Source of the DNA: an uncultured bacterium
GTDB taxonomy: Bacteria; Armatimonadota; Abditibacteriia; Abditibacteriales; Abditibacteriaceae
DNA: 64,000 nt
Direction of reading: 5' to 3'
Assembly (NCBI GenBank): GCA_963843795.1
Contig: CAWJLW010000006.1
Coordinates: 1,612,001-1,676,000, forward strand
Of the stretch, positions 11,760 through 22,776 are shown piece by piece. The position numbers were made by a program, and so were the translations under genes. Numbering within the stretch: position 1 is the first letter of the stretch; the number at the start of each line of letters is the position of its first letter. A model generated the notes under the pieces. It worked only from the letters and a program-made list of their open reading frames with translations. It did not search any database and was not told where the DNA came from.

Positions 11760-12320
11760 ATGAATCAAGACGCTACGAAAAAAGTTAACGAACCCACGGT
11801 TGAAACGCGACGCATTCACGAGGGCCGCATCATCAATTTGCGCGAAGACACAGTGTTAATGCCTTCAGGGCGCGAAGCCAAACGCGAGATTGTCGAGCAC
11901 GGAGGAGCAGTCTGTATCGTGCCGATTCTACCCGATAGACGCGTGGTTTTGGTGCGCCAGTATCGCAAACCGGCGGAAGATTTTTTGCTGGAAATTCCGG
12001 CAGGCGGATTGGAAAAAGGCGAAAGCATCGAAGAATGTGCGGCGCGTGAACTTCGCGAAGAATGCGGATATCAGCCGGGTAAGTTAACCCATCTATACGA
12101 CGCGTTCTTGGCTCCCGGCTATTCGACCGAACTGATTCACTGCTTTTTGGCCGAAGACCTCAGCGCGCAAAGAGATGAGCCGGACGAAGACGAAAACGTT
12201 GAAATCGAAATTTATAATCTGGATGAACTGAACACGATGATCGATGATGGCCGCATTAAGGACGCCAAAACCATTTGCGCGATTGGCGTGGTCTATCGAA
12301 AGAGAAACGGGAACGGATAA
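11760..12320 (+). CDS. NUDIX hydrolase, ADP-ribose pyrophosphatase-like
   Basis: Nudix box GGLEKGESIEECAARELREECG; REIVEHGGAV, VRQYR. Confidence 0.9.
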   Translation: MNQDATKKVNEPTVETRRIHEGRIINLREDTVLMPSGREAKREIVEHGGAVCIVPILPDRRVVLVRQYRKPAEDFLLEIPAGGLEKGESIEECAARELREECGYQPGKLTHLYDAFLAPGYSTELIHCFLAEDLSAQRDEPDEDENVEIEIYNLDELNTMIDDGRIKDAKTICAIGVVYRKRNGNG

Positions 12321-12341
12321 AAATATAATACGCTTGAAAGC

Positions 12342-12385
12342 GCAAAGCCTGCGTGCTACAAGTACTTGCAGCACGCAGGCTTTGC
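12342..12385. terminator. 44-bp near-perfect palindrome centred on a motif variant
   Basis: gcaaagcctgcgtgctacaagt|acttgcagcacgcaggctttgc followed by a T tract, between convergent genes. Confidence 0.75.
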
Positions 12386-12395
12386 TTTTTCTGGG

Positions 12396-12929
12396 TTAAA
12401 GTCCGCCCATGTAATAAATTTTTGGCTCGCCTTTTTCGGGAAAGAAAATTGTGACCGAACCTGGCAAACCGCCGCTATCGGGCTTTTTGGCCAGAAAATA
12501 ATCATCGACGCGCCCGCGCTCGACATTTTCGCTGCCTTCACCGATTGTCAGATTGCCTTTGGCACGCACCCGCATAATTTTCACGGGCAGCAGATAAGAA
12601 TCGGCATTGGCGATAGCTTTTTTCCACGCGACTTTCACGCTGGGATCGATGTCTTTGCCGTTTGCGGTCAGCTGCGAGCGATGCAGTAGCGGCAAACACG
12701 CCTCCAAACGCTCGGCTTCGGGCTTTTGCAAAGCGCGCAAAAATTCTTCCGCCAAACTTTCGCCTTTTTTATTTACTTCACTTTTTTCGGTTTGCAGTTG
12801 AGTTGTGTCCGACTTTTCGTTCTGCGCTCGTGCAGCGGGCGACCAGCCGGGCGCGCTCAACAAAGGCAGCGCCACAACGACCAGAAAACCGGTGCGCGCT
12901 CGTTTACGTTTCATCAATTGGGTTTTCAT
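12396..12929 (-). CDS. Hypothetical secreted protein
   Basis: 177-aa ORF with a signal-peptide-like N-terminus (PAARA). Confidence 0.65.
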   Translation of the reverse strand: MKTQLMKRKRARTGFLVVVALPLLSAPGWSPAARAQNEKSDTTQLQTEKSEVNKKGESLAEEFLRALQKPEAERLEACLPLLHRSQLTANGKDIDPSVKVAWKKAIANADSYLLPVKIMRVRAKGNLTIGEGSENVERGRVDDYFLAKKPDSGGLPGSVTIFFPEKGEPKIYYMGGL

Positions 12930-13027
12930 AATTTCTACTTCGATTCACCACCCAATTATCAACTGAGATGGTGTCAATAGGCGCAGCGACGCAGCCAGAG
13001 CGCCGAGGTTCAATCGAAAGCCCACGC

Positions 13028-13073
13028 GAAATGGCCCCGCCAGTATTAATGCAAGTACTGGCGGGGCCATTTC
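13028..13073. terminator. GC-rich hairpin downstream of the DegT-family gene
   Basis: gaaatggccccgccagta...tactggcggggccatttc; overlaps the motif variant at 13051. Confidence 0.6.
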
Positions 13074-13095
13074 ATATGCAAGCAGTACTGCAATT

Positions 13096-14206
13096 TTATG
13101 CGTGTTGAAGTGCCGCGATGACTTGCTCGCGTTCGTCGCGCGCGCAATTCGGGAAAGACCGGCAGCGAAATCACTTCGCGCGCCGCGCGTTCGGCTATCG
13201 GCAAATCGCCTTCTTTGTAACCCAAATTTTCATAAACAGCCTGCAAATGAAGCGGAACAGGATAGAAAATCGCCGCTGAAACCTCGCGTTCGGTTAAAGT
13301 TTGCAACACATGATCGCGCTGGTCTTCTGGCACGCGAATCGTGTATTGATGATAAACGTGATACGCGCCCGCGCGCTCAACCGGCAAGCCATAAATCGAA
13401 CCTTCAAGCGCCGCATTATAAGCCTGAGCATGAGCGCGCCGCGCTTCGTTCCAAGCTGCGGCGTGCGGCAACTTAACGCTCAAAAGTGCGGCTTGCAAGG
13501 CATCCAAACGCGAGTTATAACCGATTTCGTCGTGATAATAACGCCGCTTTTGACCGTGAACACGCAACATTTGTGCACGCGCTGCTAGCGCGTCGTCATC
13601 GGTCGTAATCAAACCGGCATCGCCGCAGGCACCGAGATTTTTAGTCGGATAAAACGAAAAAGAAGCCATGTCGCCCATCGTGCCACACTGCTGCTTTTGT
13701 CCGTCAACTTCCAAATGCGCGCCCCACGACTGCGCTGCATCGGACAACACGCGCAAACCGTGTTGGCGGGCGATTTTATTGATTTCTTTCATCGGCGCAG
13801 GATGGCCGAAAAGATGTACCGGGATGATGGCTTTGGTGCGCGGCGTGATTTTTTCTATGATTAAAGCGGGATCGATGTTGAAGGTATCGGGCGTGATGTC
13901 CACGAAAATCGGCGTGGCACCGGCGCGCGAGATGACTTCGGCGGTAGCGAAAAAGGAAAACGGCGTGGTAATGACTTCATCGCCCGCGCCGATAGCAAGG
14001 GCTTGCAAACAAATTTGCAGCGCATCGGTGCCATTGGCAACGCCGATAGCGTGCTTGACATTGAGAGCACGGGCGGCTTCACGTTCAAACTGTTCCACAG
14101 CTTCACCGAGAATGTAGCCACCTCCGGCAAGTACCTGCAAGGCTGCAGCTTCCATTTCGGGCTGCAATGTGGCGTATTGGCGAGAAAGATCGAGCAAGGG
14201 AACCAT
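13096..14206 (-). CDS. DegT/DnrJ/EryC1/StrS PLP aminotransferase (+1 frameshift near 13140)
   Basis: NGTDAL, SFYPTKNLGACGD, NSRLDALQAA; the alternate frame ends DEREQVIAALQHA*. Confidence 0.9.
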
Positions 14207-14275
14207 ATAAGAAAAAAGGATGAAGGACGGAAAACAGATTTGCATCTGCTTCCATTCTTCATCCTCAACAGAATC

Positions 14276-14348
<73 letters not shown>

Positions 14349-14425
14349 GTCAACGCGGACAATCATTATACACCCTAACACACCCCGCGTCCACCTATTT
14401 TTTCACAAATTTCACATTTTTCATT

Positions 14426-15340
14426 TCAATTTTGTCCTGCCACACGTTTTGGCACTCCTGACGAACGCCGCGCATTCACTACAACCACGCCAATGAGAGC
14501 AATAATTCCGCCTAGCAACGAACGCGACGAAGGAACTTCATGCAGCCACAGCCACGCTAGGAATGTTGCTAATGGCGGCACTAAATTCAAAAAGCTCACC
14601 GTGCGCGACGCCGTCCAGCGGGATAGCACAAACGCCCACATCACATAAGCCAGGGCTGCGGGAAACACGCCCAGATATAAAACCGCAAAACGTCCACGCA
14701 AGGGTGCCAAATTCCACTGCGCAGCGACTTGGGGGGCGAAAATCAGCAACATTGCAGTGCCAATCCAGACCGAATACGAAACCAACTCCAGGGCCGAATA
14801 ACGTTGCAAAAGCGGTTTATTTAAAATCATCGAAGCGCTCGCAGCAATGGCCGAAACGACAATCCACAGCGCAGGAGGATTGAACATTTGCGACCAAAAC
14901 GAACCGCCTTCGTGTTCGCCACTGGCGATGATTAAAGCACCCGCCCACGAAATCGCGATGCCAAACCACACCTGCGCGTTCAAGCGCTCGCCCAGAAATC
15001 GCGTCGCCAAAAGTGCCGTAAAAACCGGCGCGGTATTAACCAAGAAACTGGCCGCTCCAGCTGTCACTTTCACTTCGCCGAAATTCAAACAAGTGTGATA
15101 AACCGTGATCGCCAAAAAGCCCGACAAAGCCACGCGCCCTAAATCTTCGCGCCGCAAACGCTGCACAGGCCGCCATAACGCAACGATTCCCAGCACAACC
15201 GAAGCAACCGCAAAGCGCAATAGCGCTAATTCGCCCGGCCCGAAAAATCGCAGCCCATCACGCACAAAAGCGAACGCCGACGCCCAAGTGACCAACGTCA
15301 CAATCAACGCGATGATGACGCGCCCGTTATCAGTCTTCAA
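14426..15340 (-). CDS. EamA/DMT family transporter
   Basis: About 10 TM segments in two EamA repeats; TTG start. Confidence 0.9.
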   Translation of the reverse strand: MKTDNGRVIIALIVTLVTWASAFAFVRDGLRFFGPGELALLRFAVASVVLGIVALWRPVQRLRREDLGRVALSGFLAITVYHTCLNFGEVKVTAGAASFLVNTAPVFTALLATRFLGERLNAQVWFGIAISWAGALIIASGEHEGGSFWSQMFNPPALWIVVSAIAASASMILNKPLLQRYSALELVSYSVWIGTAMLLIFAPQVAAQWNLAPLRGRFAVLYLGVFPAALAYVMWAFVLSRWTASRTVSFLNLVPPLATFLAWLWLHEVPSSRSLLGGIIALIGVVVVNARRSSGVPKRVAGQN

Positions 15341-15406
15341 TTTCGCCGCCGCATCGCTGATTTGCTTTCAATATTGGCTCTGCAAGTACTTGCAATGTCA
15401 TTCTCA

Positions 15407-16093
15407 TTACGAAACAAAGAGCAGACGATTGCAATTTTCGCAGATCGGCCATTCTTCCGTTTTGGCAGCGCGCAAATTAAACGGAGTAATCGAAGTTCCG
15501 CAAGCCGAACAATTGCCATCTTCTATGTGCGCCACGCCCAAACCGTGAAAACGCTCGGCGTATTGAGCATATTTCTTTTGTGAAATTTCATCCAGTTGCG
15601 CCCAAATTTCGTCGCGTTCGCTTTGCGCCGCTTCAAGTTCAGCTTCCAACCGTTCAGTTTCAAGAGTAAAGCGCCCTTCGATTTGGCGTTTTTCCTGTTG
15701 CGCCGATTCTAAACTTGCGCGCGTTTGTGCCAATCCGTTTTCCTGTGTTTCGCCCTCGTCCATCGCCAGCAAAACCGCTTCATCCAATTCGCCGCGCCGA
15801 TGATTCAATGATTCAATATCGCGCTGCAATGAAGTCACTTCGTGCGCGTTTTTCGCGTTCATTAAACGCTTTTGCTGCAAAGCAATTTTGCTTTCCACCG
15901 CTGAAGATTCATCTTCTAATTCTTTGCGGCGCGCGGTAATTCCTTTTAGTTGTGCACTCTGTTGTTCCAATGTTTGGCGCACGTTCTCAAATGCTTCGCG
16001 CGCTTGGCTGCCATCGTCCAACCGTTCGAGTTCGCGCTCGCATTGCGCGATTTTGGAATCGAGATTTTGCAATTTATTGAGCAATGGATTCAT
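15407..16093 (-). CDS. Coiled-coil protein with C4 zinc ribbon (DUF164 type)
   Basis: LQNLDSKI coiled coil; CSACG...CENCNRLL; downstream of the Nif3-like gene. Confidence 0.88.
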   Translation of the reverse strand: MNPLLNKLQNLDSKIAQCERELERLDDGSQAREAFENVRQTLEQQSAQLKGITARRKELEDESSAVESKIALQQKRLMNAKNAHEVTSLQRDIESLNHRRGELDEAVLLAMDEGETQENGLAQTRASLESAQQEKRQIEGRFTLETERLEAELEAAQSERDEIWAQLDEISQKKYAQYAERFHGLGVAHIEDGNCSACGTSITPFNLRAAKTEEWPICENCNRLLFVS

Positions 16094-16125
16094 AATTTCT
16101 CCCGCAAGTACTTGCAGCCGATTTA

Positions 16126-17224
16126 TCAAAGCGCCTCAAACGGATTGGTGTTAATCAAACACATATCAACTGTTTCGACGCCAGCTTTTTTCACCACTTC
16201 AGTCAGCATGGCAACCACTACGCTTTCAGTAGGCGTGTGCGTGACATCAATAACCGAAACGCCCAAAGCGCGCGCTTTGAGCGCATCGTGATGCTTGAAA
16301 TCGCCCGTCACCAGACAATCGACACCGGCACGCGCAATTTTGTCCAGAAAACTCGCGCCCGCGCCCGGCACGCACGCGACGCGCCGAATTTCTTTTTGAT
16401 TGGCCGCACGCACGATGCGCACGTTCGGCGGCTTCAAACAATTTTTCACTTTGCGCGCCCAATCGTCCAAACTTTGCGCTTCGATTTCGCCGACACGACA
16501 CGAACCATAGCTTTCGACCGTATTGTGCAGCGGATAAATATCGTGGGCAATTTCTTCGTAAAAATCCAGATTCAAGCAGCGCGCTCACCACATCATCGCG
16601 CACGCGCTCGCTGGCGATCACTTCCAAACGCCACTCGTTTTCTGCGCTATCTTTGCCGATTTCGCCAACTTTGGGCCGCGCATTTTCGTCGGGCCGAAAA
16701 GTGCCGATGCCCTGCGTGCGAAAACTGGCGCGCGAGTAACGTCCGATATCGCCCGCGCCCGCCTTCCACATCGCTTCGCACGCAGATTCCAGCGCAGTTT
16801 CCGGCACGAAAACCACGATTTTCCACAAACTTTCGCGCCCGCTTGCGGCAAGTACGTGCACGTTTCGCAAACCTAAACTTTGCGCCAAAAAATCCCCCAG
16901 CGCATTCGGCATCGGCGCGTGATCGAGCGCGGTGTGCGCAGCGATGACATTGAGATTTTCGCGCACGCAACGCGCGGCGAAACGCGCGGTTGGGTCGGCA
17001 AAATTCAAGTTTTCCAGCGCGCGAAAAATCAGCGGATGATAAGTCAGCAAAACATCGTAACCGCGCGCCGCATCGAGAGTTTCATCGGTGATTTCGTGCG
17101 CGACCAGAACGCGATTAGCCTCAGCGTTTTCGTCGCCAATGAGCAAGCCAACGCGATCCCATTTTTCGACGCGCGCAAACGGGAATTCGGCATCGATGGC
17201 ACGTAAAATCTCCGCAACTTTCAT
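16126..17224 (-). CDS. Nif3-like dinuclear metal centre protein (+1 frameshift near 16570)
   Basis: WDRVGLLIG, YHPLIF, AHTALD in one frame; YEEIAHDIYPL, TGDFKHHDA, HTPTE in the next. Confidence 0.88.
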
Positions 17225-17253
17225 AAAAGCTCTGCTGCAAGTACTTGCAGCTA

Positions 17254-17637
17254 TTATTTGGCGTAAACCTGCTGCGGATCGAACAACGGTTCTTCTTCGG
17301 TGTTCGCGTTGCCATCTTCATCGACCGTGAGATAAAAACACGAGCGATAGCCTTTGTGACACGCCGCGCCGCCGACTTGCTCGATTTTCACGACCAGCGC
17401 ATCAGCATCACAATCGACCAGAATATCTTTGACGTTTTGCACGTTGCCGCTCTGCTCGCCTTTCATCATCACGCGCCCGTGACTGCGCCGATACAGCCAG
17501 ACCTGTTTTTCCTGCCAGGTTTTCTCTACCGCTTCACGATTCATCCACGCCAGCGTCAGCACTTCGCCGCTTTGCCAGTCTTGAAAAACCGCGCACACCA
17601 AACCTTTATCGTCGTATTTCAATTCGTCCCAAAACAT
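17254..17637 (-). CDS. hisI: Phosphoribosyl-AMP cyclohydrolase
   Basis: KGEQSG, DCDADAL, ACHKGYRSCF. Confidence 0.95.
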   Translation of the reverse strand: MFWDELKYDDKGLVCAVFQDWQSGEVLTLAWMNREAVEKTWQEKQVWLYRRSHGRVMMKGEQSGNVQNVKDILVDCDADALVVKIEQVGGAACHKGYRSCFYLTVDEDGNANTEEEPLFDPQQVYAK

Positions 17638-17638
17638 A

Positions 17639-18815
17639 TCAATTTCGCTCCGTCACAACTTTAATCTGCGCCGCCGCCTTTTTCGCGCGCTCGCGCAAAG
17701 CGTTCATATCGCAGCCAATTTCATCATACGCCAACGCGACTGCCATGCGCCGATACTGCCGCGTCGAAGGCTTGCCGAAAATTCGTAAATCGCTGCGCGG
17801 TTCGCTTAACGCATTTTCCAAACCTTCGTAAATCGGCGCAGTTTTCGATTCTTCATCCGCCAGAACCACTGCCGAAACACCTGCTCGCAACAATTCGATT
17901 TGGGGAATGGGCAAGCCCAGAACCGCGCGCAGATGCAGTTCAAACTCGTTCAAATTCTGCGTTTGAGCCAGCGTGACCATTCCGGTATCGTGCGGGCGCG
18001 GCGACAATTCCGAAAAATACACGCCATCTTCACCCAGAAAAAATTCCACGCCCCACAAACCTGCGCCGCCCAACGCTTCCGTCACACGCGCTGCCATTTG
18101 CTGCGCGGTTTGCAAATCAGCATCGTCAATCGCGCATGGCTGCCACGATTCCATGTAATCGCCGCGCGCCTGCACATGACCAATCGGTGCGCAAAATAAG
18201 GTCGGCCCAAGGTTCTGCGTCACGGTCAAGAGCGTGATTTCGGTTTCAAAGCGCACAAAACCTTCGACAATCATCGTCGCTTCATCGCCGCGTCCTTTGG
18301 AAATGCCATCCTGCCACGCGCGCTCGATTTCGCTTTCATTGCGAATCGTCGATTGACCTTTGCCCGAACTCGACATCAGCGGCTTAACGACAGCAAGGAA
18401 TGCCGATGCGCGCGACCGCATTTTGAAATTCTTCCAGCGTATTGGCGTATTCGTAAGGCGCAGTTTTGATTCCCAATTCGCGCGCCGCCAAATCACGAAT
18501 CGCGCGCCGATTCATGGTGAAATTCGCCGCGCGCGCACTGGGCACGACTTGAATGCCCTGCTTTTCGTAATCGTAAAAACGCTGCGTGCGAATCGCTTCG
18601 ATTTCGGGCACGATAATGTCAGGACGGAATTTTTCGACGACAGAATCCAACGCCGCACCATCCAGCATATTGATAACCGCGCGCTCGTGCGCGACTTGCA
18701 TCGCGGGCGCCTCGTCGTAGGAATCGACAGCGATGACGTGGCAGCCCAGCCGTTGCGCAGCGATGGTGAATTCTTTGCCCAGTTCGCCCGCGCCCAAAAG
18801 AAGAATCGTTTTCAT
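17639..18815 (-). CDS. purT: Formate-dependent GAR transformylase (+1 frameshift near 18392)
   Basis: [18 protein letters not shown] then [31 protein letters not shown]. Confidence 0.93.
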
Positions 18816-18847
18816 GTCGTGTTATTTCGCGCAAAGCTATGCGAAAT

Positions 18848-19607
18848 TCAAAGCCGCACGTCAACGCCGCGTTCGCGCAGTTGCGTTTTGATTTCACCAA
18901 TTGTGAAAATGCCGTAATGCACCATCGAAGCCACTAACGCCGCTTCGGCTTTGCCTACTGTGAGCGCGTCGTAAATATGTTCAATCGTGCCCGCGCCGCC
19001 ACTGGCAATTACCGGAATATCCACGGCTTCGGCGACTGCGCGCGTCAATTTCAAATCGTAACCGGCCTGCGTTCCATCACCGTCCATCGAAGTCAGGAGA
19101 ATTTCACCGGCGCCGCGTCGCTGCGCTTCGCGCGCCCATTCAATCGCGTTTTTGCCGGTCGGCGTGCGTCCGCCGTGCAGAAAAACCTGCCAATCATCTT
19201 CGCCGCGTCTGCTTGGCATCAATCGCCACCACGATGCACTGGACGCCAAATTGTTGCGCGCCCGCTTCGATTAAATCTGGGTTTTCAAAGGCGGCGGTGT
19301 TGATGAAGATTTTGTCCGCGCCCGCCGCTAAAACCGCCTGCATATCTTCAACCGTTTTCAAACCGCCGCCGACGGTGAAGGGAATAAAGACTTCTTCGGA
19401 AACGCGCGCCGCCAGTTGCGCCACAATGTCGCGCCGTTCGTGACTGGCCGTGATGTCGAGAAACACCAGTTCGTCCGCGCCCTGAGCATCATAAAACGCA
19501 GCGCGTTCAACCGGATCGCCAGCGTCGCGCATATTCTCAAACTGCACGCATTTCACAACGCGATTGTCTTTGATGTCTAAAGCGGGAATGATTCGTTTTG
19601 CGGGCAT
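18848..19607 (-). CDS. hisF: IGP synthase cyclase subunit (+1 frameshift near 19205)
   Basis: [19 protein letters not shown] then [24 protein letters not shown]. Confidence 0.94.
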
Positions 19608-19634
19608 AATGAGATGCTGCAAGTACTTGCAGCG

Positions 19635-20363
19635 CTAATTTTCCTCAGCGATTTGCAACATTTCGTTCATCGAGGCAGTTTTTTCATACAAGGCTTTGCC
19701 GACGATCACGCCTTCGATATTGGCAATTTGTTTGATAGCGCGCACGTCATCACTTTTTGCGACGCCGCCACTGGCAATAACCGGAATGGTCACCGCACTT
19801 GCCACTTTTTCCAGCGCTTCTAAATTCGGCCCGGCCAAGGTGCCATCGCGCGCGATGTCGGTGAAAATAATGCGGCGACAGCCCAAACTTTCCATGCGCT
19901 GCGCGAACTCAACCGAAGAAGTTTGCGAAGTTTCCAGCCAACCTTCGGTCGCCACAAAACCATCGCGCGCATCAATGCCGAGAATTAAACTCTCGCCGAA
20001 CTGCTCGAACATTTGCCGCGCCCAATCTTCATTTTCGATGGCGCGCGTGCCGATAATGCAACGCTCGACACCCGCGTCCAGAGTCCTTTGAATATCGGAT
20101 TGCGTGCGCAAACCGCCACCGAGTTGAACCGGAACGGAAATCGCGCGCGCGATTTCGCCAATTACTTGCGTGTTAATCGGCTTTCCTTCGCGCGCGCCAT
20201 CCAAATCAACCAAATGCAAGCGCCGCGCGCCTTCGGATTCCCACTGTCGCGCCACGACAACTGGCACATCATTGTAAATCGTTTCCTGTGCGTAATCGCC
20301 GCGCAATAAGCGCACACATTTTCCATCGCGCAGGTCGATAGCTGGCAATATTTCAAATTTCAT
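19635..20363 (-). CDS. hisA: ProFAR isomerase
   Basis: PAIDLRDGKCVRL, HLVDLDGA, TDIARDGTL. Confidence 0.96.
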   Translation of the reverse strand: MKFEILPAIDLRDGKCVRLLRGDYAQETIYNDVPVVVARQWESEGARRLHLVDLDGAREGKPINTQVIGEIARAISVPVQLGGGLRTQSDIQRTLDAGVERCIIGTRAIENEDWARQMFEQFGESLILGIDARDGFVATEGWLETSQTSSVEFAQRMESLGCRRIIFTDIARDGTLAGPNLEALEKVASAVTIPVIASGGVAKSDDVRAIKQIANIEGVIVGKALYEKTASMNEMLQIAEEN

Positions 20364-20396
20364 AGTTATTGATTTCGTGTAGAGAACACAGAAGAA

Positions 20397-20430
20397 AAAT
20401 TCATTCTGCAAGTACTCGCAGAATGAATTT
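20397..20430. repeat. 34-bp near-perfect palindrome centred on a motif variant, between hisH and hisA
   Basis: aaattcattctgcaagt|actcgcagaatgaattt. Confidence 0.8.
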
Positions 20431-20470
20431 CTCAAAAAACTCTCTGCGAAATCTCTGCGCGAAACGAATT

Positions 20471-21076
20471 TTAAATTCGGGCGAAGTTATCCAAGATTTT
20501 CAAGCCCACCGCGCTGCTTTTTTCGGGATGAAACTGACACGCCATCACGTTTTCTCGTTCAACCGCCGCCACAAATTCAATTCCGTGATGCGCGGTTGCC
20601 GCGATGCAATTTGGGTCGTCGGGCAGCGCGTGATACGAATGCACAAAATACACGCTCGCGCCGGTTTCCAAACCGTGCAACAAGCGACTTTCGCGCGGGA
20701 TTTGCAGTTCGCTCCAGCCCATGTGCGGAATTTTCAATTCCGGCATCGGCGTGAACTTTTCGATTTTGCCCGGCAGAATTCCCAGACCCGCGTGCAACCC
20801 TAACTCTTCGCTCCAATCGAACATCAATTGCAGCGCCAAACAGACGCCCAGAATTGGCACGCCCGCGCTTACGGCATCCAAAATCGGCTCGACTAATTGG
20901 CGCTGGCGCAGATTCGCCATCGCCGCGCCAAACGCGCCCACGCCGGGCAACACCAACTTTTCCGCCCGCGCGATGCGCGCCGCATCGGAAGTCACTTCGG
21001 TTTCAAAACCCAAATGCTCGAAAGCTTTTTGCACGCTGCGCAAGTTATTCACGCTGTAATCGACAATCGTTATCAT
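20471..21076 (-). CDS. hisH: IGP synthase glutaminase subunit
   Basis: LPGVGAF, GVCLALQ, YFVHSY, QFHPEKS. Confidence 0.96.
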   Translation of the reverse strand: MITIVDYSVNNLRSVQKAFEHLGFETEVTSDAARIARAEKLVLPGVGAFGAAMANLRQRQLVEPILDAVSAGVPILGVCLALQLMFDWSEELGLHAGLGILPGKIEKFTPMPELKIPHMGWSELQIPRESRLLHGLETGASVYFVHSYHALPDDPNCIAATAHHGIEFVAAVERENVMACQFHPEKSSAVGLKILDNFARI

Positions 21077-21102
21077 CACAACACGCTGCAAGTACTTGCA
21101 GC

Positions 21103-21711
21103 CTACAATTTCCCTTTCGTCGTCGGCAATTCATCGCCATCAATTACTAAAGCCGCTTTCATTGCGCGCGCCAAGGCTTTCATCGTCGCTTCGATAACAT
21201 GGTGCGCGTTGCCGCAAGTACTTGCCAGCGTTAAATCGCGCACATGAAGATTGATTTTCGCGCTGTTGCTGAGTCCAACTAAAAACTCGCGCGCCAGAAA
21301 CACATCAAATTCACCGATGCGCTCTTGATTCAATTTCCAATCAATTTGCAGAAACGGGCGATTGCAAAAATCGACCGCGCACATCATCAAAACTTCGTCC
21401 ATCGGCGCGATGAAAAACCCGTAGCGCGCAATGCCACGCTTGTCGCCAACCGCTTCATCCAAAGCCATGCCGAGCGCGATGCCCAAATCTTCGACCAGAT
21501 GATGCCCATCAATTTGCGTGTCGCCGGTCGCTTTGATTTTCAAATCGAAGCCGCCGTGCCGCGTCCAGCCTTCGAGCATGTGCTGCCAAAAGGGAAGGCC
21601 AGCGGCAGTAGGCAAATTGATGTCAAATTGCCCGCTGCCATCGAGCGCCAGTTCGATAGCGATTTGCGTTTCGTTAGTGTTGCGCGTAATCTGCGCCGTG
21701 CGCGTGTTCAT
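21103..21711 (-). CDS. hisB: Imidazoleglycerol-phosphate dehydratase
   Basis: RNTNETQI, DGHHLVED, NAHHVIEA, PTTKGKL. Confidence 0.96.
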   Translation of the reverse strand: MNTRTAQITRNTNETQIAIELALDGSGQFDINLPTAAGLPFWQHMLEGWTRHGGFDLKIKATGDTQIDGHHLVEDLGIALGMALDEAVGDKRGIARYGFFIAPMDEVLMMCAVDFCNRPFLQIDWKLNQERIGEFDVFLAREFLVGLSNSAKINLHVRDLTLASTCGNAHHVIEATMKALARAMKAALVIDGDELPTTKGKL

Positions 21712-21735
21712 AATGATGGTGCAAGTACTTGCGGG

Positions 21736-22710
21736 CTATTTTTTCAAGACACTTTTCAAATACGCCAGAAACAAATTGACATCCGGCGCGATAATTTCTG
21801 TACCATCTTCCAAAAACACTTTGCGATGACGCGCCGCATTTGGCCCATCGAGCACGATACAGCCGAAAATTTTCGCTCGACCCGCTTGGTTGAAGGTGCG
21901 GTAATCGACCACAGTTTGCCAATCGTCCCACGTATCGCCGATGAAAACCGCATTTTTGAATTTCATCTTTTCTTGCAACATAATCAGCGTGCGCCCATCC
22001 GGTTTGCGCACGCCGTCGCTTTCGGTGATGCGATGCGCGGGCGGAATTTGCAAACGCGCCATCTTCAATGCCAACTGCGTTTCATTCGCGGTGCGCCCGG
22101 TCAAAATACCCAGCGGTAAATTGGGCAGAAAACTGGTATCTAAAATCAATTTTTCGCGCTGATAATAGCCTTCGACTTTAATGGTTTCCGGTTCGTAGCC
22201 ATATAAATTCTCGCATTCCTCAACGCCCGCATAGCGCTCCTGAAACCATTGTGTCACCAGTTTGGGATGCGAGTTGAGCGAGTATTCGCGGCGCTGATTG
22301 GGTGTCATCAGTTCCAGCACGAATTGCTCGGCAGCGACCGGCCCGCCGCCGCGCCGCTTGATTTCATCGGTAAATTGCGCCCAACTCGGCCCTTCTGCGC
22401 GCACACTTTGCGTATCGGTCGCGCCCGAAATCGCTTGCTTGGCGATCACCAAAGCAACCGCTGCGACAGTCAAATCCCAATCGGAGTTGAAGCCGCCCGC
22501 CATTTTAAAACCGTCGATTTCGTCCAATTCGAGCAGCGTGCCGGTGTCTTCGAGACCAAGTTTTTCGATGGCGTAATATTGTGTGGTTTCGCTGATGACA
22601 ACGCGAAACGACTGCGACACATCGAGAACGACGCCGTCGATGTCGAGAATAATGGCGTCGATTTGCGGCAGAGTTTTGATGAGTTCTTGTTTAATATAAA
22701 GTTCGGACAT
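21736..22710 (-). CDS. HAD-superfamily hydrolase (TIGR01548-like)
   Basis: DIDGV motif I, GGFNSDWD, LTGR, KPD, IGDTWDD. Confidence 0.8.
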   Translation of the reverse strand: MSELYIKQELIKTLPQIDAIILDIDGVVLDVSQSFRVVISETTQYYAIEKLGLEDTGTLLELDEIDGFKMAGGFNSDWDLTVAAVALVIAKQAISGATDTQSVRAEGPSWAQFTDEIKRRGGGPVAAEQFVLELMTPNQRREYSLNSHPKLVTQWFQERYAGVEECENLYGYEPETIKVEGYYQREKLILDTSFLPNLPLGILTGRTANETQLALKMARLQIPPAHRITESDGVRKPDGRTLIMLQEKMKFKNAVFIGDTWDDWQTVVDYRTFNQAGRAKIFGCIVLDGPNAARHRKVFLEDGTEIIAPDVNLFLAYLKSVLKK

Positions 22711-22776
22711 GAATTTTCAATACAATTTTGCTAACGACAAACGCGCGTCAGTATAAATAAAAGGTGCAACACGAAA

